A stretch of 54,191 bases of DNA, counting the filler, from Sluysia triapertura (lineage: Eukaryota), in NCBI GenBank assembly GCA_046118255.1. It is 4 parts of 4 records of this genome, joined end to end, with 100 filler letters (N's around TTAATTAATTAA, not from the genome) between each part and the next. Parts side by side here need not be neighbours in the genome. Positions count along the whole stretch, not along the records: positions 12,701 to 27,552 come from JBJNIA010247204.1; positions 27,653 to 42,190 come from JBJNIA010255520.1; 2 more parts are not named here. The stretch is one strand, 5' to 3'. The position numbers and the translations under genes are program-made. A model generated the notes under the pieces. It worked only from the letters and a program-made list of their open reading frames with translations, did not search any database and was not told the DNA's origin. Shown piece by piece: positions 26,150 through 38,620 of the stretch. The stretch's first letter is position 1, and each line of letters starts with the position of its first letter.

Positions 26150-27070
26150 ATGCGTTTCAATTTTTAATCTGGAATAAGTCCATGTTCTGTGTGAGTATAC
26201 CTTTTACGTGATAAGTACGACATAAAGGTTTTGGATATAACTTATTACTTTTAATATTTTTATATGATATTTCAGCATGAATACCGGTTCTACTAACTTT
26301 ACGATTTATTAGAATTTATATTTTCTTCCAGATATATTTTTCATTCTTACTAATTTTAACTCACTGACTTTGAGAAATTGAACTACCCTAAACAAAAAAA
26401 AGTAAGAATATAAGTTTTTATACATAATAACACTATAAACAGTTGCATGCATAAACAATTTTGAAGATATTAATGTAATAACGTTTTTGTAATTCTTCAA
26501 GCCACCTTGATGACAAGTGAATATAAATTTGCAGATATTAAAAAAATCACAACAGTCAGCTGTCTTTGATTGTTTAGCCATACTTAATTGGTCGTTGAGC
26601 ATCTGTCTGGGTAAGTTCTGAATCGCCACATGCTGCATCTTCATTGTCGTTAGGTTTTGACTCGTACTTATCACCTATTTCATGAGTTAGCTCATCGTAT
26701 TTTATTTTTGGTTCATGTTAACTTTACTATTCGTTAAGTTTGATCTGACATTTAACTTGTCATACTTAATCTTTAATTTAACATTTAATTGATCTATTCT
26801 AATTTATCATTTAACTCATCATATCTTGTGTTTGATTTAGCATTAAATTCGTGACACTTTAAGTTTAGTTTCAGATTCGACTTATCATATTTTATACTTA
26901 ATTTGACATTTAATTAATCATACTTTATATTTGATTTAACATCCAACTCGTCATACTTTATTTTTAATTTGACATTCAACTCATCACATTTTAAATTTAG
27001 ATATTCGTTTGACTCAACATATTTTGTATTTAGTTTGTCATCAACTCATATTTTGCATTTGATTTAGTAT
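26150..27070 (-). mobile_element. Decayed gag-like ORF (Gypsy-type) with N-terminal 11-aa repeats
   Basis: Coiled-coil-like repeats are followed by DFFNICKFIFTCHQGG...ITLISSKL (capsid-like F..Fe..a...gW...l...L) and PLCRTYHVKGILTQN (eroded CxxCxxxGHxxxxC). Many stops and frameshifts. Confidence 0.4.
26690..27070 (-). repeat. Diverged 33-bp coding tandem repeat (~11 units; 11-aa unit like SNIKYDELDVK)
   Basis: Plus-strand unit approximately ttgacatttaactcgtcatactttatatttgat. The minus strand reads LNLKCDELNVK LKIKYDELDVK SNIKYD*LNVK ... SNTRYDELNDK. Confidence 0.85.
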
Positions 27071-27071
27071 T

Positions 27072-27200
27072 TGTGGTGGTTCAACCATTTATCACAATTA
27101 TATCATATCATCGACACCACATACATACACACAAATTTCATCTTAAATACATACCATAACATGTCTCGTGAACACCAAATATTAACCTTAAAATTGTAAA
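27072..27200 (+). mobile_element. Truncated TGTGG-family element end (opposite orientation)
   Basis: TGTGGTGGTTCAACCATTT...accacatacat resembles the reverse complement of the 10675 terminus (TGTGGTAACCAACCCATT...accacatacat). It cuts the 33-bp repeat exactly at TGTGG. Confidence 0.55.
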
Positions 27201-27477
27201 AAAATTGTAGAAAATGTAAGTAACATTAGTAAACTTTAATTTGTAATGCATTGAATTTATAAAATTTTAAAAATAAATCTAATCTATTCTTTTCACCCAT
27301 TACCACTGTAAGATTTCAACTTTCGTAAACAACAGAATTACCATTATCGTCATTGTTACACAACCATTAGTTATACAACGATTTCAGAGGTTATCGAGAC
27401 TCGATTATTAGTTTATTTTATTATAATTATTATCATTATCATTATTATTTTATTAGTATTATTGTTAGACTTCGTAA

Positions 27478-27549
27478 TGGACTGACCGGGGATCGAACCC
27501 GGGACCTTCGATGCGCAGTGCGAATGCTCTACCACTGAGCTATCAGCCC
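27478..27549 (-). pseudogene. tRNA-Ala(TGC)-derived pseudogene / SINE head
   Basis: GGGCTGA-TA-GCTC-AGTGGTA-GAGC-A-TTCGC-ACTGCGC-ATCGA-AGGTC-CCGGG-TTCGATC-CCCGG-TCAGTCC-A. Acceptor (with G3:U70), D and T arms and A/B boxes are intact. The anticodon stem is mispaired and U33 is absent. Followed by an (AAT)n-like tail. Confidence 0.85.
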
Positions 27550-27552
27550 CGT

Positions 27553-27652
27553 NNNNNNNNNNNNNNNNNNNNNNNNNNNNNNNNNNNNNNNNNNNNTTAA
27601 TTAATTAANNNNNNNNNNNNNNNNNNNNNNNNNNNNNNNNNNNNNNNNNNNN
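27553..27652. other. Artificial contig linker (N44-TTAATTAATTAA-N44)
   Basis: Same construct as 12601-12700. Confidence 0.97.
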
Positions 27653-29169
27653 TCACTAATTTTCTTTAATTCAAATTCATTTATGTTCTTCTTCTTATGC
27701 ATTTCTAATATAATGTTTGATCTATTAATTAGATACAATAAAATGAATGAAAAGACAAGTTAATTAATTATTCATGTTATTCCTTTTGCTAAGACAAAAC
27801 TTGATTATCAAAAATTTATAAAATCAGCATTTTATTTTCGTATAAAATTTTTTTAATTATGCCTTTGCAATTTTTAAATTTGATTAGACTCTTAATTTTA
27901 TAAATTTTTAATAAGAAATTTTAATTTATTAAATAAAATAAGCATATTAAAGTTTTGAATTTCTTAAATAACCAAATAGATAAATTTGATTGTTAATTTG
28001 ATAAATAATTGATTAGTGATAATGATGTTGATATTCATAATTAGTATTATATACAGTAAAAATATTTATTATAATTATAATATCAATAATGTGGCTCAAA
28101 GATTATCGTCTTTAGCCATCACGAAATGTTTATTAAACCTTTATTTTGTCAGGTTTAAGAAATTCAAAACTTTAAAATACTTATTTAATTTAATAAATTA
28201 AAATTTCTTATTAAAATTTTATAAAATTAAGAGTGTAATCAAATTTAAAAATTGCAAAGGCATAATTGAAAAAATTAAAATGAAATATGAAAATAATTAG
28301 TAATAACAAGAATAATAAATATTTTCCCATTTAAAGAATCACACTTATGGAAAAATAGAAAAGATTTAATTATTAAGGATGTGGCATCAATTTTAAAAAG
28401 ATAAAAATGATATGAAAGGACTAATAATACAGTTAAAGGCATAAAAGTGAGATAAAATTTCGTTACTCTGACACGAGGAATCCGGCGGAAACAATATTCA
28501 AATAAAAAGCGCAAGATTGAAGTAGATCGATAATTGGAACATCAACAAATTAGACGTTGCATAGTTTGATTCAATTACGAAACATGTATGATCCTACTAT
28601 TAATAGTAGTTTTATTGATTGATATTCTCAAATTTGGCAATCTTTTAATATGCTATCTAAAAATATTATAATATAATCGACAATACTGCATTACCAACTT
28701 TTTTGTTTTATGCGATTTATACATTTTTCATTTTATTATTATTATTATCATTATTGTTATTATTATTATTTATTTATTACATTATTATTATTTATTGTTA
28801 TCAATTTTCAATTTTAAATTCTATTAATAATTTTTATTTTTAATTTCATACTTTTCATCAATTTTATATTGATTCAATTTTTAAAATTAAATTAATTTTT
28901 AATTTTATTTTTATTATTAATTTAATTTTTAGATTTATACCTGATAAATAATTTAATATTTAAGTCCTTTCAATTCAACAACGTAACACGAATAGGTTTT
29001 TTAATAAAAGTATCCTAACAGTTTGATAGCTAGAAAATTTGGCTATAAAAATAAATCGATCTATATTCTAAAAATTGAAGTTAAAATTATTAGTTTTAAA
29101 TACATTTGTAATAGTAATTGTTACTTCAATTTGAGAAGTAATTCAAATGAAATAGATCCATTAGAGTAG

Positions 29170-29400
29170 AAGAAAATGATAGTTGAGTATTAATAAAATG
29201 TTTGTGTTTAGTGTCATGTAATTGTCACAGCTGTTACTGTAGGCTAGATTCTCAAAAATGATTTTATGTGATAAATATGAGGTTACCCAGCTGAAGAAGT
29301 ACTCAAAGATGAAAATTTGTACAAGGAAGAGTTTTATGATGTTATACTAATTTAATCCAATTTGGAATTGTACTCAGTGCTGAAGTATGGTGTATTGATG
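29170..29400 (+). pseudogene. Possible BTB/POZ (SPOP-like) domain relic
   Basis: V*CHVIVTAV...F followed after an apparent deletion by CDKYEVTQLKKY, resembling F.cHk.iLa..S..F and aDKYdv..Lk..c of BTB proteins. Heavily eroded. Confidence 0.3.
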
Positions 29401-32400
29401 TTGGGAGTGAAATGTTAAGCCGAATATTTGTCATTGAAATGGAAATAGTCTCGTCTATTTTATTTAAAATTTTCAAAAAGAATTTAATTACTCATGAAGT
29501 AATTGATAATGTATTTTATTCATGTAATATACTCAAGAAAATATTCTTGATGTAATTTAAAATCACTTTTCTGAGTGGAAAACACAAAATCTATTCACTT
29601 TTTATAACTTTCATCATGTTTGATCTTAAACTTAAGAAAAGCTCTTCATTACTTATCCTTATATGAGTTATCACTTATGGTTTCGAATTTCGGTTGAGAT
29701 TTATTTCAACGAAACTCAGATATCAGAAGCTTAAGGGTAATTTTATATATTTATCGTTTGACGATTTGTCCTAGAATTATCAAAAAGATTATATATAACT
29801 TGATTAATTTTAAAATACAATTGTTTTATAATAACTAGATAAAATTCGTAATAAAAATAAAACTCAGAAGACTTACTAGAAGATTTATACAAAAGTTTAA
29901 TATACAAACTATAACAAACGCCTTTCAGCATCATGAAATTTCTATAGGATAATGATGACTTATCAATTTATCGAAGTAAATATTGAATTTCAACGTGCTA
30001 TTAAAGTAATCACTACTTTCACTGAGTCGTTTGATAATTTTACTTTGTTATTGACTTTGACTCATTTTAAAAGAAAGCATTGAGATTTAAAACATTAATT
30101 TCATGTTATACGTACGTATCGCGGCGTAGTCTAATTGAAAAATTAATTTCTTTTTTACTGTGCAAATGCTTTGTCTCTTAGGGTTCAGCTACGATTTATC
30201 CCAAAGGCGACGTATCCGTATGATTTTTTATGCTAATTTAACTCTGAGGGTCTTAAGTATTTGTTACTTAATTTCTGTTAACAGAATTTAATAATTAGTG
30301 CAAGCAAACTTATTATAACTTCCATTTATTCATGTTAATAGTTTTAATGAATATACTTAATGGTTTCCTATAAAATTTATTTATTATGAATTCCAAATGG
30401 CGGTTATACTGTTTAATATCCAATCGTTTAAGTTTCTCTGTTCCTGTATGTGCTTATTCCTTATTTCACCTAAAATCTATTTATCGATTACTTGAGAAAT
30501 ATTTAAATTGACTGTAAATACTTCATTTCACTTAAATTCTACGATATCTATCTAAATTAAAATTATTAATTTATTAACTGCTTAAAAGGTATATAAACTA
30601 AGACTTCAAAAATAACAACAATTACAAAATTTAGTGGATAATACAAACAAGTGAAATTTGGTCTTCTAGTAACATTTTTTGTATTTTAGTAATAAATTTA
30701 ACATTAACATTAAAGTTAACATTAAATATACGTGAACAGGCGAAGTATCCAATTTTTTAAAGATAAATAAATTCTCAATTAATATTTAAACAATTTTTCA
30801 TTTTGATTACATTAAGATATAATTCTTAGATAACTATCGTGTTCAGTTACTTATTCACTGATATCCTAAAAATCTACAATTCTTTGACAAGGGTAAAAAG
30901 ACAATATATATAGTTGTAATTTAATATACAATATTCGAAGATATAATCAAAAATTTTTCTTATTGTAATAAATCTAAATTTCACACATAATAGATCGTTT
31001 CAAATCACATATAAATTGACATAAAATATAACCTCGCTGAAATATAACCTAACTTTGACTTCCTAATTCTTTTACGCTGACATCTATGTGTCGGTTCTTA
31101 AGTGTTTAAGCTCGGTAAAAGTTTTAAATTTAATTCTCACAAATTGTCACATTTTGTTAAACGTTTTTGTAATAAAATCATAATTAAATTTTTGATATTG
31201 ATAAATAGTAGTTTAATTGCTTTTAATGAATTTTTTTAAATCTATAATAATATTTAAAGATTTTGTAAATGACAAATGTTCATTAAAGTTTAATTGAATC
31301 ATCAATTTTTGTTACGTTCTATATAATCTTTAAAACACTGTCATGTTTTTCTCATATTATAATTTGAGTAACCAAAATTTGCATTAAGGTCAGTAACATA
31401 CAATAACAATAACGTTTTCATGTACTTCAAAATTGATTTCCACTTTGATAAGGACTTCATTACACGACTAATTTACTTAAGCACAATCAATCAATCATAA
31501 TAGATATAAGTAAATTCAATGTTTCTTTAATTATAATAATAATTAATTTCAATTTCATAAAATCTTTATTTTGTAAGCGCCCTCAAATAATCCTATATTA
31601 TTTTAATCTCCATCCTAACATAAAATTAAAGCAGTAAAGAAAGACAAGTAATCCAAAAGGATATTCTGTTAGAAATACGGTGCACTCTAGCGAATTGATT
31701 CTTTCTCTTGAGTAGAACCTTGATAAACTAAATCCTATAGGTTCATATTTTATCGAAGAATAAATCGTTCACTCTAGGCGAACCCAAAAATAAATACTTA
31801 ATTCATTTTTGCAAGTGTTGCAGGATAAATAAATAAATACAAAATCTTGAATACAGAAAAGACTTCAGATTGAACAAGAATAAGAGTGTTACATATGGAT
31901 ATTATTTCATTGAACACAATATATTTGAAGATTCTTATGATCACTTTTTTAAGTTTTCAGATTTTTTTAATTATTCTGAGTTTCATAAATATGTAAAGGT
32001 GTAAAAAAATCTTATTTTTATTTCTGTATTTTATGGTTTTTTGTAAAAATAAAATTATGAAAATATTATAAAAAATTAAAATTTTTATTATTTAAAAAAA
32101 ATTATTATTTAAATTATATAAAAATTAAAAGTATTATTCAATTATTTTAAAATATTACAAAAAAGAAACTTCTAGAAACAAAATTGTTTATTTAAATTAA
32201 ATTTTAAAAGATGTATTTATGTATATATAAAGACATACAAAAAAAAGAAGTCACAATTAATCACGCAAAGAAACCAGAATACTCCATTTTTCATTACAAA
32301 GCAGAAAAAGCTTATAATTACAAAAGAAGATCATCATGAACATTTCTATGTCAATTACAATTAATTTCATCAATTCTTCGATTCATCTTCTAAGTTATCG

Positions 32401-33728
32401 TGTAAATCCAGCATTTTCGATTAGAGGGATAGCGATTTCCAAACATCAACGGCAAAACCGATCAAATCCACTTCGAAAAATATTTCTAGAAGCTGATCTA
32501 CGATTTTTATTAAATTAGTAAGTTCGTTGTATATAGAGTGAATACTCATTCGTTGAGTTAAAATCTAAACTTAAATTACTGCTCTTCACGGTTGGTCATT
32601 AAGGCCAATCACGAAATCAAGTTAAAATATAAAATTTATAATCTTTAGTTGACCCTTAAGGTCAATTACCAAATCGTTATTATAGGGTAGAGTCTCTCGG
32701 CTAGACCCTTATTATAGTTTAATTATTATTGCTATTATAAATTTATCATTTATAAAATTTCTGTATTAATAAGTGTTTTTTAGAATTTTTATAAACTATT
32801 AATATTTTTTTTAGTTTTCCTATATTAAATAATAAAGCTTAAATTTTGTTACATTGTTAATTATTTTAATTGTAATATCAATTTATGCTATAAGTTTGTC
32901 TTATTTTTGGTACACTAAGGATAATCTTTCGAATTGAATAAACCGATTTTTAGAACATCTAACTATTAGTATAAGTAGATTTTTTAAAAGAGTAAAGAAT
33001 AAGAGAATAATACACTATTGTATGAATATTATTCATTTGATTTTACATTAACTTAATTATTACATAGGCAAGCGTTGGTCTTGATTATTTTTTAAGCTAT
33101 TTAGTATCAGTTGACGTAAACGACGATTTTGCCATTATTGTTTAAGTTAAGACAAAGAATACTTTTTATACATTTAATCTTAATAACTGTCTTCGCGTAA
33201 TTTTACAGATATGCCATTAGTAAGTCGTATACTGTAAACGGACTCAGAATAATAATTTATTTTGCTGTAAGTTAGGTTTTTGTATAAAGAAAACCCCAGC
33301 AAATAAATGAAATTGATTTCTTACTTTTTTCTTTCCATTTAATATTAATATACAGTCATATCTCGATTTAATACCAACTCTATAAATTGCTATTTTTATA
33401 TATTGCCAAATACAAATTACCTATGATGATTGCTATTCTTTTATAATATTAACATATTAAATTTTGTCTTTTAGTAAAATAACTTAAGTATATCACACCA
33501 ACATTTAAAATAATTTATTTTGTTAATTTGTTAAAACTTTTATTTATTGCCATTTTTCTTTTCGTGCCATAAAATAAGAAAGACCAAAGATAGCAATAAA
33601 TCAAGATATAGTATTACACCGTTAAAATTTAAATGCATAAAGACTACTGTACATTATGCTTAAAATCTATTCGTATTTTTAAACATAGAGATTTTGTGAC
33701 GTCGATATTTAGTAATACTTAATATTAG

Positions 33729-33850
33729 ATGGCATCAACGAATTACAAGATTAAGTTGGTATCATTAGTAGATGGAAATACTTCCGTAACATCGAACAAT
33801 TCTAAAAAATTTCCCTTTTTTATGATAATGATCATTACATGTTTAAGAAA
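33729..33850 (+). pseudogene. Possible small GTPase (Rho/Rab-like) N-terminal relic
   Basis: MASTNYKIKLVSLVDGNTSVTS...KFP resembles KlvvvGDg.vGKTs...Fp, but the P-loop glycines and lysine are lost. Confidence 0.3.
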
Positions 33851-34058
33851 CATAATATATCTTCGAAATTCCAAGTAATTCTTAAACAGTAATACTGACC
33901 TGACTATAAGAATATGTTTACATTATCAAATGTAAATTATTGTAAATAATTTCTGTGTATTATTTTTGTAAACTTGTAAAATTAATATTTAGTTTTTGTA
34001 AATAAATTTGATTAATAATTTAATTGTAAATAAAATTTTTGTTAAAAAAGAAAAAATG

Positions 34059-34122
34059 TTTTATGAATAAATTAATTTAAAACTTAATAATTTTATGAAT
34101 AAATTAATTTAAAACTTAATAA
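34059..34122 (+). repeat. Exact 32-bp tandem duplication
   Basis: ttttatgaataaattaatttaaaacttaataa occurs twice back to back. Confidence 0.95.
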
Positions 34123-35029
34123 TCATAAAAAATTTTTCATGAAATTTTTATGCCATTTTTATATTTATCCTAAATAATAAAATAATCATTAAAATACATT
34201 TTATATTCATTCTATCTGATTTTTGTGATAATAAAATAATTATTAAAAACACATCGATAAAATCATATAAAAGATAAGAATTTATTTTTGACGAACACAC
34301 AAAAGGTTATTAACAAAAAGAAATTTGCTGGATTATATTGATTTGGATATAAAAAATATATTAATTGTGGTACAATTCAGTTTATTTTGTTAATTGAAAG
34401 ACGTCAATTTTGAGATAAGCTCGATTTAATTTGGTTACTATATTGGTTTAAGGAATTATCGATTTGGAGCTAGTGATCATACCATTAACTTGGAATCAAA
34501 ATTTTGGACTAAGTTGAATGTTTTGGAAAAAATCTTTTGGATTAACGTGAGTTGATAATTTATAGGATCATACAAAAATAAATTTTGTATTAATATTTTG
34601 ACTTAAAATCTTGTTCATGTACGCGAAGTATCATACCTGGTTTAATTAATTTTAAAATTAAAAATAAATATATAATAAATTTTTTATTTTTAAAATTGTT
34701 TATTGTTATCTTATTAAATTTTCCATTTCTTTAATAAAGTTTATTTTTTGTGTATTTTCCTTTTGTCGATTTTAAAAGATATAGTGGAATAATAACAACG
34801 TAATAAGTGCTGTAAATTAATAATATAGGAAGTTTATTGTAAGACATATATTTAAAGAAATATATTAAGTCAATAATTGCGAGTTTAGGGAATATATTGA
34901 ATAAAAATTTACATAGATAAAATTAAGTTAATTTAAGGAGTTTATAGAAAAGCGAAAACTGATGGAGTATACTAAGACAATTCAAGACAGATTGCATTAA
35001 AGGATTTTTAGAATTTTATAATGTCGATT

Positions 35030-35450
35030 AAAAAGAAAGTAGTGACCCTCTCTTCGATCCTTCGATTTTGTAAGAAAGCTTTAATTTATTGTAGTATTAT
35101 ATCTGTAATTGCGTCCTCGTTCAGTCGTAAATCGCAATATACAGACGGACCCATTTATTTAAAATTATAATTGTTGTTTTTTATAGAGAAATCGGACATT
35201 ATGAAAACCATAGAATCACCATGAATATGAAGCACATGTGTTATGGTATCATATTATAATAGTTGAAATAACAGATAAATTCGATACTTGTTATTATGAC
35301 CATATCATTTCCAATTTAATATCATCTGAGTGAATCCGAAAATGTGATGACACATATTTGCAAAGTTAGTAATTAATAAAAAGATTGCGTAAAATTTTCG
35401 CTTCATTCGTCCAAAAGAACTCAAAAAGAAAATATTATAAATTATTAAAT
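35030..35450 (-). mobile_element. Highly decayed Tc1/mariner-superfamily transposase remnant
   Basis: FWTNEAKILRN resembles lWtDEa.F.rnG (first catalytic Asp motif). Downstream VY and IE..GH-like residues lie in the expected order. Confidence 0.35.
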
Positions 35451-36769
35451 GAACAGTTTTATTTATTTATTGTTTTTATTTGCTCAAATAAACCCTTGAC
35501 AGTCCTTATAAACAATAAATCTTAGGATCGTATTATTTTTACTTTGTTATTTGTATGCATTGTAAAATATTGTAAAATATTGTAAAATATGGTCACAAAG
35601 TGGCGGTACGCGCATTCCTATTATTATTATTTTGTTATACTTCATTGTTATATATGTTTTATTATGCGGACAATCTACAGCAACTGTTTGAAATATTTAG
35701 TTTGCTTAAAATATGTGTATGTATATTTATTTATACTTTCTAATATATCTGGATCTATCATTACATAAGTATGTTTTTTTAAATGTATATTTTTTAAAAT
35801 AAAATTTTTTTACTCATAAAAATATTACATTTATATTAAAATATGTAAGAAATATTTATTTATGAAAAATTGATTTTTTGGTTGATTAAGTGGTTAACGA
35901 CTTTTTAAATTATTGAAAATGAGAATATAAAGATTATTTTATTTTATTTTATAATATTATAAATTATAAAAAATTAAATTTTATCAGTGTGTTTTGTATT
36001 GCATTTTTAAAATTATTAAATTCTCTAAACATTCATTTTCCCTTAGTAAATTGGAGTCGCTGTATATACTTTATTATTACATTAAAATATTCTTCCTACT
36101 AATGCCACTTATTTTAATTATGTTTCGGTGTTTTTATGAATGAGCAATATTTAAATATTGTACATGTTCAAAGTGTGTGTGTTATTCAATAATAATCAAA
36201 ATTATTTTTTAAATTTGTACTGAATGTTGCTTTTAGCTAATTATATTTGATATTATTTAAGATAAAATAATTTGTAACTAACATTTGAATGGACATAAAA
36301 AAACATGCATGCATTTTTTAAGATGCACCAACGATATACATACTTAGTCTTAAAGCAATTTGACTTTTTGACCCATAATCGACCTTCACAATCACATTTT
36401 CCTTGATCTTGGCATGAAATTCTTCTATCTTTAGTATAATAAATTGTAAATAATAATGAATTGTAATATTTATTTATAACATTGTTATAACTTCCGTTTT
36501 AATTATTTTAAAATGAAAATTATGATATAGAATTTTAAAGTAAATAAAAAATCGTACTGTACTTACTGTGCAACTTAAAACTGTCAGAAATCTTTTAAAA
36601 AACTTAAAATACTTCTTACAAAAGGACTCAACTTAAAAAGCAACACGAAGGAAGAAAAGAATAATCAAAAGTATCAATGGATTAAACGTAGACGCCAATA
36701 AAAATAGGAAAATCCGTTATAAGGCAAACAAAGCGGATATAATTGAATAAAGTACATAGTTAAGAATTA

Positions 36770-37720
36770 TAATACAGAGAAAATGTATAGCCAAAACGAT
36801 AGTATTTGACAACCAACATTATGCGAAAACATTATTATACATAAATCCTAATAATTTATTCTTGAAACTAAATAAATTAATTGTAAATTTAACAAGCACA
36901 GATACTGTAAAAAGCAAAATAGGTTATACATTTGAAATTGACCTTATCATTCCACCTAATGTACGCGATAAGTTAGATTACTTTTCTTGAGCTCAAGAAT
37001 CTAAATGTTCATCAATTTTAAAAGTTAAAAAATTATTATTAGCTCATGAACCTAAATTGAATTATGCAGTGCATTAGCGTGTCCTAAAAGTGAATGCAAA
37101 ATTAGAAGCAATTGTTAGTAAAATTCGTACAGCAGTTAAATTTAATCAAACTTGTATATTGGTTATAATTCAAATAAGCGCAACGAAGCAACAAAATTAC
37201 GTATATCAGTAAAACACATTTTAAAAATTCAATTAATGTTTCTACCGATTTGATTGCACTTTTATAGGAAAAGATGTCTTTTGTTTAGATAACCAAATTA
37301 TGTAGACTTAAGTAAATTAAATATGTATTAATTACAATATGAAGAATTAGAAAAAATATCGTCAGCAATTTAATAGTAAAATTAAAAATGTAGCTGGAGA
37401 TAGTGATAGTTTCTTTTTGAAATGCACTAATGTTAATTTAGATACTTTATTAAATGAAATGATAATAGTTGAATAAAGACGGACGTCAAGATAAAGTTAA
37501 ATATACCAAATATATATATTTTTGAAGTCAAAATGGTATTCCTTACTCTCTAATACTACTGAATACAATAAGGCTAAAGGAGTCACTCTCTAAGGCACCA
37601 ATATAAGTCACGAAGAATATAAAATATATTCTGTAGATCAAACCAGAATTGGCTCCAAAAACCATCAATTGTATACAATTAAATTGCACTCTCTAACAGC
37701 GACGACAAGAGGTACTGGGC
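36770..37720 (+). mobile_element. Polinton/Maverick-type protein-primed DNA polymerase B relic
   Basis: Ordered motifs: LLYINPNNLF (YlDaNNLYG), GYTFEIDLIIPPNVRDKLDYF (GyilEvDL.yP..lHD), KKLLLAHEPKLNYAVH, KIRTAVKFNQ, GDSDSFF (DTDS), KAKGV, QTRIGSKNHQLYT, DDKRY. Contains stops, frameshifts and internal deletions. Confidence 0.88.
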
Positions 37721-37799
37721 GATAAAAAATCAAAAGTTCATTATCTACAATGTATTATCTTCTTTTGCATTCATAATAAAAAACAAAAATTCTTGTAAT

Positions 37800-38180
37800 T
37801 TATGATGTTTCATGATTACAACACAACAAATTCAACGCAGTAAGACAACAAATTTTATTCGCACAAATATGACATACACACTCAAGACTTCGTTGCCCTC
37901 GATCAACATCATCTCTTAGAAATAAATAGTCAGTATTCTTATGGTAAACCACACATATGAAATTTACGTAATAAATCGCGATATGCCGATGCATATCTCC
38001 ACAAACTTTAAGAGGAGCTTTTATTTTAAGTGAATTAGATTGAGTCGAAATTATTTTTGGAACTACATGATTCAAGATTAAAATATTTTAAAATGTAATT
38101 TACTTGGTTTTCCTGGTTTATTTTGAACAGACGATAATTGTTCTATTATTTCCGTTAAATTTAAAATTAAATTTTCGTAT
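37800..38180 (-). pseudogene. Intronless, 3'-truncated serine/threonine protein phosphatase 1 (PP1 catalytic subunit) pseudogene
   Basis: LNLTEIIEQLSSVQNKPGK, then IKAPLKVCGDMHRH (GDIHGQ), DYLFLRDDVDRGQRSLECVC (YLFLGDYVDRGKQSLETIC) and LLCCNHETS (LLRGNHECAS). Catalytic-motif substitutions and frameshifts. Confidence 0.9.
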
Positions 38181-38479
38181 TTAATAACAAATATCATCAT
38201 TGATTTAAAAATTAATTAATTAAAAAAAAATTAAATTAACTGAGGTAAAATTAATAAAAATTATAATAATTATAATTATGACAATAGTTAAGGTTTTTCA
38301 ATCTATTACGTAAATGTTGCCATCAATTAAGTTATGTCAATATTTAAAAAATTAAAAATATTGAATTAGTTTAAAAATTCGGCATTATTGATCATAAAAT
38401 ATTTGATAAAGCAGTTACTGGAAAAGATTACAAAATAACTATTAAAGAAATAAAATCAGCATGTGCAAGATCCTATTTT

Positions 38480-38620
38480 TATAATGGATAATACCATAAT
38501 TCACTTTTATCGAGGATTAAAAGATGATGATGAGATTTCGAGAAACACTTGCTAGCTTATTCTTCTACTTTTAAATCCTATAGAAAATGTAAAGTTTTAT
38601 TTCTAATAAATTTGGAAAAA
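38480..38620 (+). mobile_element. IS630-Tc1 DDE transposase fragment
   Basis: IMDNTIIH (DNa.iH) followed by YS..LNPIENV (YSP.LNPIE) at the expected spacing. Confidence 0.55.

Noticed and set aside
27478-27549. Functional tRNA-Ala(TGC) gene
   Set aside because: Anticodon stem has C-C and C-A mismatches, U33 is missing, and the sequence is followed by a simple-repeat tail, so it is reported as a pseudogene/SINE.
32270-32520. Possible mariner HTH remnant; similar weak transposase-like traces at 31630-31750, 18100-18398 and 42660-42950
   Set aside because: Motif matches too eroded to support a call without a profile search.
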